Positions 50,301 through 59,114 of a stretch of DNA of 64,000 nt are shown in pieces; the first letter of the stretch is position 1, and the number at the start of each line of letters is the position of its first letter. Both the position numbers and the translations under genes were made by a program. The DNA comes from Candidatus Cloacimonadales bacterium (GTDB lineage Bacteria; Cloacimonadota; Cloacimonadia; Cloacimonadales; JAIOQZ01), in NCBI GenBank assembly GCA_963665815.1, contig OY762463.1, positions 3,072,001 to 3,136,000 on the forward strand, given 5' to 3'. The notes beneath the pieces were generated by a model. The model worked only from the letters and a program-made list of their open reading frames with translations. It ran no database searches and was not told the DNA's origin.

Positions 50301-51251
50301 TTATTTAAAGTATAGAGCAAATATTATACTGATTATTCCCAGTATCAGTGGGTACTTCAGGAAAAAACGTATAGACTGCTCAGTTCTGAAACGAGGGAAA
50401 GCAACTCCAATAAAAACGCTGAACATATAGATAAAGAATGTTTTTATAACCATTATTGCAATTGCAACTAAATGTTCAACAAAAGTTCCGGCAGCAACAG
50501 CAGTTCCTCCAAAGAATAAATTCATGAACAGTACAAGCTTAGCTGCATTGAAAACTGATCTGTTTGTTTGCAGCACACCTAAGAATCCACTGTGAAACTC
50601 AGTTGGAGGTCCGATTGCTATTTCCTGAGGAGCAAGAACAATATCAAAAGGAGAGTGCATATTCATTCCCAGCATTGCGATCATTGCAGTAATAACAGCT
50701 AAAGGATTTGTGAAAAGTGTCCAGTTAAGTATACTTCCCTGCTGAGCTGCTACAATGTCCACAATCGATAATGTATTATACTGTATCATCAGCGAAATTA
50801 TTGAAAGAGTAAACGGTAGTTCAAAGGCTGTCATTTGAGAAAGCCCCCGGGCAACACCAACAGCGCTGTAAGGGTGTCCGCTCTCTCCTGCCCCAAGTGC
50901 CATACCAAGCTGTCCAAAGAACATAAAGTACAGTACAAGCAGGATATCTCCAGCAAAATGAAAGTTTGCAAACATGATTGAATTGTGAATTATAGGTATG
51001 AACATAAGAGTTCCAATCCCACCGGCAAGTCTGAAAACCGGTCCCAGATAGAACATTACTCCGTGAGTAATCATTGTTCTTTTACCATAGGTTTTGATTA
51101 TATCCATATAAGGCTGCCATAATGGAGGACCAAATCTTCCGTGTACTCTGGCGACTATTTTTCTGACTGTCCCGTTGAGAATCAGTCCATAGTTAACTAT
51201 AACAAATAAGCTTATAAAAGCATTACCCACAGATTTCAGTATATCAGACAT
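50301..51251 (-). CDS. mbxM: MbxM/NuoH-like membrane subunit
   Basis: RKIVARVHGRFGPPLWQP.MD, PFD...QEI..GP.TE, PRFRTEQ. Confidence 0.88.
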   Translation of the reverse strand: MSDILKSVGNAFISLFVIVNYGLILNGTVRKIVARVHGRFGPPLWQPYMDIIKTYGKRTMITHGVMFYLGPVFRLAGGIGTLMFIPIIHNSIMFANFHFAGDILLVLYFMFFGQLGMALGAGESGHPYSAVGVARGLSQMTAFELPFTLSIISLMIQYNTLSIVDIVAAQQGSILNWTLFTNPLAVITAMIAMLGMNMHSPFDIVLAPQEIAIGPPTEFHSGFLGVLQTNRSVFNAAKLVLFMNLFFGGTAVAAGTFVEHLVAIAIMVIKTFFIYMFSVFIGVAFPRFRTEQSIRFFLKYPLILGIISIIFALYFK

Positions 51252-54200
51252 TTATTACTCCTGATAAGAAAAAGATTGCTATGATGTATAATACAACCTG
51301 TAATGCATAGACTTGAGCATTACCGGAGAAAATGTATTTCAGACCCGATGCTATCGCATGATTAAGATCATAGATAAACTCCCAGAATTTTTCCACAGAT
51401 GAGTTAAGCAGAGGTGAGAAAGCTTTTTTGTAGAATGGGAAGAAATTATAGGCATAATGTGTAGTTTCAGGTTTATATGGCCGCTCTGCCGCAAAGACAA
51501 TATTGAACTGACCAACTTTCTGAATTTTTCTCGTTGCAGCCAGCAGAATAAGAAATGCAAAGCCAAATACTCCCATTGTAACATTCATTACAAGGCTTCC
51601 ATTCCAGCTTGTAATTGAGCTTTTCAATAAATTACCATCCCAGACAAGACTGTGTCCGAAGATATCAGATACTGCACTCTGCACAGGTTTTACGATAGTA
51701 GAAGGGAACATTGAGAACAGCATGATAACACCTATCAGAATAAACTGAGGAATGATATACCATACAGGAGCTTCCTTGACTGCTTTATGTTCTGTTTTTG
51801 CCTGTCCGAGGAATATCGTATGAATGAGCCTGAACAGATAAAGAAACGCTATAGTGCTTATGAAGAATGCAGCTCCAGCCTGTAGATACCAGCCTTTCTC
51901 AAGCAGTCCGGTGTAAAGAAGCCATTTGCTGCCGAAACCTGCAAGTGGTGGTACTCCGGATATTGCAATTATCCCAATCAATACTGAGATGAATGTCAGA
52001 GGCATTTTCTTGATCAGCCCACCTGTCTTGTACATTGACATTGTATCCGTACGGAGATGTACTCCTGAAACTGCAAGGAATACAAGACCTTTAAAAACAA
52101 GGTGAAGGACTGTCAGATAGAGTGCCGAAATCCAACCAATATCGCTGAACATGGATATTGACAGGATAATGTATCCAATCTGTCCCATACTTGAATATGC
52201 CAGCAATTTCTTATAGTTTTCCTGGAACACTGCCAGAAAAGTTCCTGTAAACGCAGTCAAAATACCGATAATACTCAGTATCTGCATAATCAGTTCATTG
52301 CTCATCAAAAGAGGAGCCATAAGAATACTGAACAGGAAAAAACCATAAATACCTATCTTACTGAGCACAGATGAGAAAAATGTGGATATAATATCATCTG
52401 ATCGTGTATAAGCATCCGGAAGCCAGATATGAACACCACAGGCACCGGATTTAATAAGGAATGCCATTGATAGCAAGATGTAAACAATTATACCTGCTTG
52501 AGGAATTCCTACAAAGCTGATCATATATGTATTGTCGATGTATTTCCCTGCATAACTGAATCCCAGTAATAAAAGCACTGCAGATCCAAGGGAGAACATA
52601 ATATATTTGAGACCGGCAGCTTCTGTTTTTCTGTTATACAGAACAAGGAAGTAGGAGGATATTGTAATAAACTCCCATTGAACGAAAAACTGCAATGTTC
52701 TCTGAGCAACGATAAGAATAATTAAAGAGGATATCATCATTGCAAGGAATGGATAAAAACCCTGTTCTTTACCTTTTCTGTTCATTGAAGCAAAGACAAA
52801 GAGTAAAGATGCTGCCAGAAATATCCCTCCAAATATAAGTCTCAGATTACCGATATCACTTCCATAAAGCCTATACAACATCCAGGAATATCCTGAAATG
52901 GAAGCAATAAGCACTATTGACTTAGCTTTTGCTGTCAACCAGTCCAGAGTAAAGAAAATCATCAGGAAAAAAACAGGTGCATAAGTTATGTAATTCATTT
53001 GTTTTATAGGATTCAGTACAACACCGACAAGGAATAGAAGGAACAAAACAGCTATAACAGGAATAACCTGCATAAATCCATGATCAGTATTCCTGTTTAC
53101 AGGTTCAGCTGAATCTGTTTTTCTTACAAGAACTTTTCCCATCCACTTCAGCATGTAATATGATTCCAGAAGGACTCCCAGACCAATAGCAAAACTATAG
53201 AATGGATTCATGTTCTTCATCATTATGTTAAACAGTTGCCATTTACTCCAGAATCCCGGGAAAGGTGGTAATCCGATTAAAGCCAGAATAAAGATTACGA
53301 AAAAGATAAGAAGATCAGGGTGTTTCCTGAGATTCGTCCATTCATTAACTCGCTTTTCTTTTATAATACCGCTTATCCAGAATAAACCTGATTTTGCGAG
53401 GAAATGGTTGATGAATAAACCACCTGCGATTTTCAAAATCATATGATTATCCACATTTATGCTGAATAAGAAGACAATTGCAGCAATAATAAGATTTACC
53501 TGAGCAATTGAAGAATAGCCCAGCAGTCTGTTTGCAGCTTTCTGTCTCAAAGCAATTAGATTCATAAATACAAAAGATGCAACGGACAGAATAAACAGCA
53601 GATTTGCTGTATGTAGTGTTTTAAATATCAACAGACCTGTCAGTGGTAGAACTTTATAAAAGGCATAAACGCTTGCAGCTGTAATTACTGACGAGAACAT
53701 CGCTCCTGTACCTGAGTCCGCAGATTCGTAAACAGATAGTCCCCAGCCATTGGCAGGAAAAGGTTTCAGTTCAACAAATAGTGCTCCCAGAATGAAAACG
53801 ATTGCTCCTGCAAGTACTTTTTCAGCCTTGAACAATGTAAATTCTCTGGATACAGAAAGAAAATCCAGATGCAGTGAACCGCTTAAGTAATAAAGCATGA
53901 TTATTCCCAGGAGTAATACAATAGATGTTATTCCCGATGCAACCATATACTGAAATCCCGCAGAATACGATCTTTTGTCTCGACCTGAATATATAATTGC
54001 TGCTGATGAAAGAGACATAATCTCAATGAATACAAACAGATTAAATATATCTCTGGTCAGAATAATTCCGTTTATTCCTATAAACAGTGTAATTATGAGC
54101 ATGATAAAGTATTTGCTGCCCCTGACCATTTTCTGAGAATTATACATGATAGTAAGTATACCTGTAAAATTCACGAGAGTTAATAAAATTGATTCGATTA

Positions 54201-54435
54201 TTCCCATGTGAAGACTTATTGAGAAAGGAGGTTTTGAGCCTGCAGTAAACATTGAAACACTGATTTGTGTTCCGGACTGAGTCATATTCCAGAGCCAGAT
54301 GCCCGGAATTACTGCCGCTGCTGTCATAATAAGTCCGGAAACAATCACGGAGAACTTTCTGCTAACTTTATCAAACAGTGGTATAAGGAATACACCTGCC
54401 AGCATAACTATCAAGATATATATTGGGTTTACCAT
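51244..54435 (-). CDS. Fused double antiporter-like subunit (MbxH+MbxH'; MrpD/NuoL-type)
   Basis: Two full modules: DIFNLFVFIE/LLGYSS/GLPPFPGF and QFFVQWE/HIWLPDAY/LLAYSS/GVPPLAGF. Confidence 0.85.
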   Translation of the reverse strand: MVNPIYILIVMLAGVFLIPLFDKVSRKFSVIVSGLIMTAAAVIPGIWLWNMTQSGTQISVSMFTAGSKPPFSISLHMGIIESILLTLVNFTGILTIMYNSQKMVRGSKYFIMLIITLFIGINGIILTRDIFNLFVFIEIMSLSSAAIIYSGRDKRSYSAGFQYMVASGITSIVLLLGIIMLYYLSGSLHLDFLSVSREFTLFKAEKVLAGAIVFILGALFVELKPFPANGWGLSVYESADSGTGAMFSSVITAASVYAFYKVLPLTGLLIFKTLHTANLLFILSVASFVFMNLIALRQKAANRLLGYSSIAQVNLIIAAIVFLFSINVDNHMILKIAGGLFINHFLAKSGLFWISGIIKEKRVNEWTNLRKHPDLLIFFVIFILALIGLPPFPGFWSKWQLFNIMMKNMNPFYSFAIGLGVLLESYYMLKWMGKVLVRKTDSAEPVNRNTDHGFMQVIPVIAVLFLLFLVGVVLNPIKQMNYITYAPVFFLMIFFTLDWLTAKAKSIVLIASISGYSWMLYRLYGSDIGNLRLIFGGIFLAASLLFVFASMNRKGKEQGFYPFLAMMISSLIILIVAQRTLQFFVQWEFITISSYFLVLYNRKTEAAGLKYIMFSLGSAVLLLLGFSYAGKYIDNTYMISFVGIPQAGIIVYILLSMAFLIKSGACGVHIWLPDAYTRSDDIISTFFSSVLSKIGIYGFFLFSILMAPLLMSNELIMQILSIIGILTAFTGTFLAVFQENYKKLLAYSSMGQIGYIILSISMFSDIGWISALYLTVLHLVFKGLVFLAVSGVHLRTDTMSMYKTGGLIKKMPLTFISVLIGIIAISGVPPLAGFGSKWLLYTGLLEKGWYLQAGAAFFISTIAFLYLFRLIHTIFLGQAKTEHKAVKEAPVWYIIPQFILIGVIMLFSMFPSTIVKPVQSAVSDIFGHSLVWDGNLLKSSITSWNGSLVMNVTMGVFGFAFLILLAATRKIQKVGQFNIVFAAERPYKPETTHYAYNFFPFYKKAFSPLLNSSVEKFWEFIYDLNHAIASGLKYIFSGNAQVYALQVVLYIIAIFFLSGVINV

Positions 54436-54776
54436 TTGAGCTCCTTATAATCATCAACTGACAATGATTTTCCGGATTTCACCATATTTATTGCATAAGC
54501 CAGCATAACTGCCGTTACAGCCAGCCCGATCACAATTGCTGTCAGTACAAGAGCCGAAGGAACAGGATCTACTACATTCACGCTGCCCGGTGTAATTTTA
54601 TCTGTAAAAATCGGTGCTGTAGCATTTTTCATATATCCAAGAGACACAATTATCAAGTGTACTCCTGTATCTATTATTGAAAAACCAATAATAATTTTTA
54701 TTATATTTTTTCGTGTCAGCATTGCCCACAAACCTATTATAATTAAAGCGATACCTATAAACAGTGTTATTTTCAT
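54429..54776 (-). CDS. MrpC/MnhC-like subunit (MbxG)
   Basis: DPVPSALVLTAIVIG. Confidence 0.9.
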   Translation of the reverse strand: MKITLFIGIALIIIGLWAMLTRKNIIKIIIGFSIIDTGVHLIIVSLGYMKNATAPIFTDKITPGSVNVVDPVPSALVLTAIVIGLAVTAVMLAYAINMVKSGKSLSVDDYKELKW

Positions 54777-54777
54777 A

Positions 54778-55473
54778 CTACTTCTCCATATTCTTCAGGA
54801 TTCCGCTTATTTCCGCACCTACTTTTATGCCGATTACAGAATATATTAATGGAATTGCTCCTGCACTGAATAACTTGAGATATTCACCTATACCGATAAA
54901 TCTCGGATCAAGAAAACCATTTCCAATAATAAAAGCTTTGTTTGAAACTAACAGTAAACCTGATAAACCCAGAAGAATATATATTACTCCTGAAGACGAT
55001 TCCAGCCAGTGCAGAATAGACTCATTAGTATTTGATGCTACATCAGAAAGTATCATCAAAACAAAACCGGAAGCAATAATAACTCCCCCCTGAAATCCTC
55101 CACCGGGAGAAAGATGACCATGAGAAAAGACGTAAATTCCAAGAACAACTATTGCTCCTAACAGCACGGATGTACCTGATTTCAGTATTTCAGAAGATTG
55201 TTTTCTCTTGAATTTTTTCCTTCTGCCAAGAAGAAAGCCGACTGCAGCAGTAGCAATAAAAAGAACCGTTACCTCTCCAAGTGTATCCAGTCCTCTGTAT
55301 GTTACAACAACAGCAGTAACTACATTGGGAGAATTCAGATCTTTTGGTGCTCCTTCCACATATTCCTTAGATACAAGCCCAAGCTCATCGTGTGGTTCAA
55401 TGAATAATGTCAAATACACCAGAATAGTAATTACAAGGAAAATTGCCAGAATAGTAAGAACTCTGTTAATCAT
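54778..55473 (-). CDS. MrpB/MnhB-like subunit (MbxE+F)
   Basis: NVVTAVV..YRGLDTLGE, HGHLSPGGGFQGG. Confidence 0.9.
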   Translation of the reverse strand: MINRVLTILAIFLVITILVYLTLFIEPHDELGLVSKEYVEGAPKDLNSPNVVTAVVVTYRGLDTLGEVTVLFIATAAVGFLLGRRKKFKRKQSSEILKSGTSVLLGAIVVLGIYVFSHGHLSPGGGFQGGVIIASGFVLMILSDVASNTNESILHWLESSSGVIYILLGLSGLLLVSNKAFIIGNGFLDPRFIGIGEYLKLFSAGAIPLIYSVIGIKVGAEISGILKNMEK

Positions 55474-55777
55474 TTATTTCCTCCCTGTCCAGCATATCAT
55501 TTGATTCTGAAAGATGAGAGTCATCCGCATTTTCCTTTTCCAGAATATCTCTGATTCTTCTTACAGCAAACAGGAAAACAATGGAAGTCAGTACAGATCC
55601 GATTGCTGCCTCTGTCATTGCCACATCAGGAGATGCCAGAATAAGATACAGAATACTGGCAATTAGACTTATAATTCCGGAAGCTATGATAGCAGAAATC
55701 AACTGACCTGAATAAACAGCATAAATTGCTGATATTATCATAATGAATCCTGCAGTAACTATTATTATTGTAGTCAT
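55466..55777 (-). CDS. MbxD-like (DUF4040) subunit
   Basis: SPDVAMTEAAIG. Confidence 0.88.
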   Translation of the reverse strand: MTTIIIVTAGFIMIISAIYAVYSGQLISAIIASGIISLIASILYLILASPDVAMTEAAIGSVLTSIVFLFAVRRIRDILEKENADDSHLSESNDMLDREEIND

Positions 55778-56118
55778 TTACTCTCCTCACAATCTGATTT
55801 ATCAGTCTGAAGATCATCCCTGACTGTTTTTTCTGACATAAAAGTTTTAACACAATGTGCAGCCCTTGCCAATGCATGAGATGAAATCGGATTAGTAAAA
55901 AGAATGAAGACCATAAGAAGTATAATTTTCCCACAGCCAACTGTCTCAAAAAAACCTATGCTTATACCTGCGAGAAAAAGGATAGACCCTAATGTTGAGG
56001 TTTTTGTACCTGCCTGCATTCTATTATAAAGATCAGGCATTCTTATTAGCCCAAGAGACCCAAGCAGAAAGAAAATCGATCCTGCCAATGCAAATAAAGC
56101 CCCAATAATCTGAGCCAT
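55774..56118 (-). CDS. MrpG/MnhG-like subunit (MbxC)
   Basis: RMPDLYNRMQAGTK, TNPISSHALARAA. Confidence 0.9.
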   Translation of the reverse strand: MAQIIGALFALAGSIFFLLGSLGLIRMPDLYNRMQAGTKTSTLGSILFLAGISIGFFETVGCGKIILLMVFILFTNPISSHALARAAHCVKTFMSEKTVRDDLQTDKSDCEESK

Positions 56119-56378
56119 CAGAAACCTCCTTCAAGGTATCTTGCTACAGCAACAACCCCAAGGAAACTTATAAAACCGTAGACCAGTGCAACATCAATGT
56201 ACATTCTACGTCCTGACGTTGCTGCAAGAAAAACAATCAATCCGATTCCTATTATTGTCATTACATCAAGTGCTACAATTCTATCAGCAGGCGATGGACC
56301 TTTCAGGAATCTGAAAAAGCTAAGCAGAAATGCAACAAGTGCTATTATTGCACTGATATTGTATATTAGTTCAGCCAA
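56118..56378 (-). CDS. MrpF/MnhF-like subunit (MbxB)
   Basis: GPSPADRIVALD, DVALVY, ARYL. Confidence 0.9.
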   Translation of the reverse strand: MAELIYNISAIIALVAFLLSFFRFLKGPSPADRIVALDVMTIIGIGLIVFLAATSGRRMYIDVALVYGFISFLGVVAVARYLEGGF

Positions 56379-56868
56379 AAATCACCTCCAGATACTTTTC
56401 GAAACTACCGACAATAGCTCTGGTTGTACTTTCAATATCTTTAGTTCCTACATCAATCCAGTGTATATAGAAAAAATCCTCATCTGTTTCAACGGTAAGT
56501 GTGCCGGGAGTAAGAGTTATAGAATTAGCAAGAAATAATCTTCCAATTCTTGATTTAAGTTTTGTACGAACTTTTACAATTCCGGGATTAATCGGAATTT
56601 TGGGATGAAGCACCCTGAAAGCAACATCAATGTTTGATTTGATAAGCTCTACAATGAATACAAAGATATAAATTATCAAATAAAGTAATGATTTGGGATT
56701 TAATCTGATTTCTGCAAAAATACTGTCACACCTTAAAAGGAAAATAGATACAAGAATACTTACTATTGCCCCCATTATCAGTTCCTGATTATCTTTCACA
56801 CCGGTAAGTGCAATCCAGACAATAAACAGAAACAGAGTAGAAACAATGAAATGCTTTAATTTTCTCAT
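56371..56868 (-). CDS. MrpE/MnhE-like subunit (MbxA)
   Basis: SNIDVA, PGIV, LANSITLTPGTL, IHWID. Confidence 0.9.
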   Translation of the reverse strand: MRKLKHFIVSTLFLFIVWIALTGVKDNQELIMGAIVSILVSIFLLRCDSIFAEIRLNPKSLLYLIIYIFVFIVELIKSNIDVAFRVLHPKIPINPGIVKVRTKLKSRIGRLFLANSITLTPGTLTVETDEDFFYIHWIDVGTKDIESTTRAIVGSFEKYLEVIFG

Positions 56869-57002
56869 GGATTATTTCTTTCCTCTTTTTAAAATTTCAT
56901 AATGTTAACTAAGTTAAAGTATAAAACTGAAAACCCAATAATGCAAGTTTTTTTCTTGCATATGAATACTTTTTTCAGATAATTAGTTCTCAAGGAGATA
57001 TT

Positions 57003-57962
57003 ATGAAAGTTTTTCTTACAAGAATGATACCGCAGAAAGCTATAGAAGCTTTTAAAGATAATTTTGAATTAAGTTTTAATAAAGATGATAGAGTCCTGAA
57101 AAAATCTGAAATTGTAGAAGGTGTAAAAAAATGTGATATATTATGCTGTATGCTTAATGATAGGATTGATCGAGATATAATTGAAGCAAACAAAAGTTTG
57201 AAAGCAATATGTAATTATGCTGTTGGATTCAATAATATTGATATTCAGGCAGCTGCAGAAAAAAACATACCTGTTACAAATACTCCGGGAGTACTTACAG
57301 AAACAACTGCTGAGCTTGCATGGGCATTAATGTTCGCCTGTTCAAGAAGAATTGCAGAGTCCGACAAATTCGTAAGAGCAGGAAAATTTCACTGCTGGGC
57401 TCCAACTATGCTGCTTGGTACAGATTTGTATGGTAAAACACTGGGAGTAATCGGTGCAGGACGAATTGGTCAAGCATTTGCAGAAAAAGCAAAAGCATTT
57501 AACATGAGGATCTTGTATAATAACAGATCAGCAAAACCGGATTTTGAAAAGAGATGTTCCGCTGAAAAGGTTTCTCTGGAAAAGATTCTGGCTGAATCGG
57601 ATTTTCTCAGCCTTAATGTACCGCTTACAGATGAGACTCATCACCTTATTACTCTTAAAGAACTCAAACAGATGAAAAAAACAACTATTATTATAAATAC
57701 TTCACGAGGTTCAGTTATTAAAGAAGACGATTTGTGCCATGCTCTGGAGAATGGGATTATAGGTGGGGCTGGTCTGGACGTTTATGAGTTCGAACCGGAT
57801 GTCACGCAGAAACTGAAAAAGCTGAATAACACTGTCCTTACACCGCATATAGGGAGTGGAAGTGTGGAAACAAGAACTAAAATGGGATTAATGATGTGTG
57901 AAAATGCAATAGCTATAAGAGATGGAAAAACTCCACCGAATCTCGTTAAACAGGAGAAGTAA
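57003..57962 (+). CDS. gyaR: D-2-hydroxyacid dehydrogenase (glyoxylate reductase/D-glycerate dehydrogenase)
   Basis: NTPGVLTETTAE, GAGRIG, INTSRG, GLDVYEFEP, PHIGS. Confidence 0.85.
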   Translation: MKVFLTRMIPQKAIEAFKDNFELSFNKDDRVLKKSEIVEGVKKCDILCCMLNDRIDRDIIEANKSLKAICNYAVGFNNIDIQAAAEKNIPVTNTPGVLTETTAELAWALMFACSRRIAESDKFVRAGKFHCWAPTMLLGTDLYGKTLGVIGAGRIGQAFAEKAKAFNMRILYNNRSAKPDFEKRCSAEKVSLEKILAESDFLSLNVPLTDETHHLITLKELKQMKKTTIIINTSRGSVIKEDDLCHALENGIIGGAGLDVYEFEPDVTQKLKKLNNTVLTPHIGSGSVETRTKMGLMMCENAIAIRDGKTPPNLVKQEK

Positions 57963-58759
57963 TGGCTATAATTGAAAAAGGTAAGAAAACCGTTATTGGT
58001 ATGATCCATACTCTTGCTTTACCGGGAACTCCCAAATATAGAGGATCAGTTGATGAGATTGTGGATAAAGCCTGTAAAGAAACCGAAACTTATTCTGAAT
58101 ACGGAGTAAACACTATAATTCTGGAAAACATGCATGATGTACCTTACATGAACAGAAAAGTCGGACCTGAGATTACAGCTGCCATGACTACTGTTGCCTT
58201 GAATGTGAAAAAAATGTTCTCTGGAAATATTGGCATTCAGATTCTGGCAGGAGCAAATGAAGCAGCACTTGCTGTAGCCCTTGCAGCCAATCTCCAGTTT
58301 ATACGAGCTGAAGGTTTTGTTTACTCTCATGTTGCAGATGAAGGTTTAATGAATGCCTGTGCAGGAGAACTGCTGAGATATAGAAAGCAGATCGGTGCTG
58401 ACCATATACAGGTATTTACGGATATTAAAAAGAAACACTCTTCTCATTCCATAACCGATGATGTAAGCCTTGTTGAGACTGCAAAAGCAGCGGAATTCTT
58501 CCTGAGTGACGGACTTATTGTTACAGGCTCTTCAACAGGACTGCCGGCAGATGTTAATGAAGCGTCACAACTATATCATTCAACGGATCTGCCTGTATTG
58601 ATAGGTTCAGGCATAACATCCTCAAATATTGCAGAATATCTTTCTTTTGCAGATGGTTTTATTGTAGGCTCTTTTTTTAAAGAGAACCATTACTGGGAAA
58701 ATAAACTGGACCCTGCAAACATTGAATCACTATTCAATGCAATGTCTAAACATAATTAA
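57962..58759 (+). CDS. BtpA/SgcQ family protein
   Basis: IGMIH, ENMHDVPY, DIKKKHS, IVTG, GSG, IVGS. Confidence 0.9.
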   Translation: MAIIEKGKKTVIGMIHTLALPGTPKYRGSVDEIVDKACKETETYSEYGVNTIILENMHDVPYMNRKVGPEITAAMTTVALNVKKMFSGNIGIQILAGANEAALAVALAANLQFIRAEGFVYSHVADEGLMNACAGELLRYRKQIGADHIQVFTDIKKKHSSHSITDDVSLVETAKAAEFFLSDGLIVTGSSTGLPADVNEASQLYHSTDLPVLIGSGITSSNIAEYLSFADGFIVGSFFKENHYWENKLDPANIESLFNAMSKHN

Positions 58760-59063
58760 CATTATTTTGTTGTTTACTAAGTTAAATATTTATTTTACTT
58801 AAACAAATATATTAAAATAAAAAAATTATTGACACGATTCATATACAAGATTTTTGAGTACGTCTCAGGATTTAGTATGCTGTTACTTTATAATTGTTTA
58901 ATAGCATAATAAATGATTATAGAGAAAAGTTTTTGCAACTAAATCTGGATAAACTTGGAAATTATATAGAATTTATATTCTTATAGTATCAATTTGATAG
59001 TATTATCCAGATTATTATTATGTGAGAACATGTAAGTAATTGCAAAATAACAGAAAATGATTT

Positions 59064-59079
59064 TGGCATACTAATTGCA
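59064..59079 (+). promoter_or_regulatory. Sigma54 (RpoN) -24/-12 promoter
   Basis: TGGCAT-actaa-TTGCA with invariant GG-N10-GC, 35 bp upstream of ATG 59115. Confidence 0.8.
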
Positions 59080-59114
59080 TCCTGAACTAAGTAATAAAAA
59101 TTTCAGGTGGTGTT

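Noticed and set aside
51244-56868. Stand-alone Mrp Na+/H+ antiporter
   Set aside because: Contiguous with NuoH/B/C/D/I-like genes, so it is the membrane arm of a redox complex
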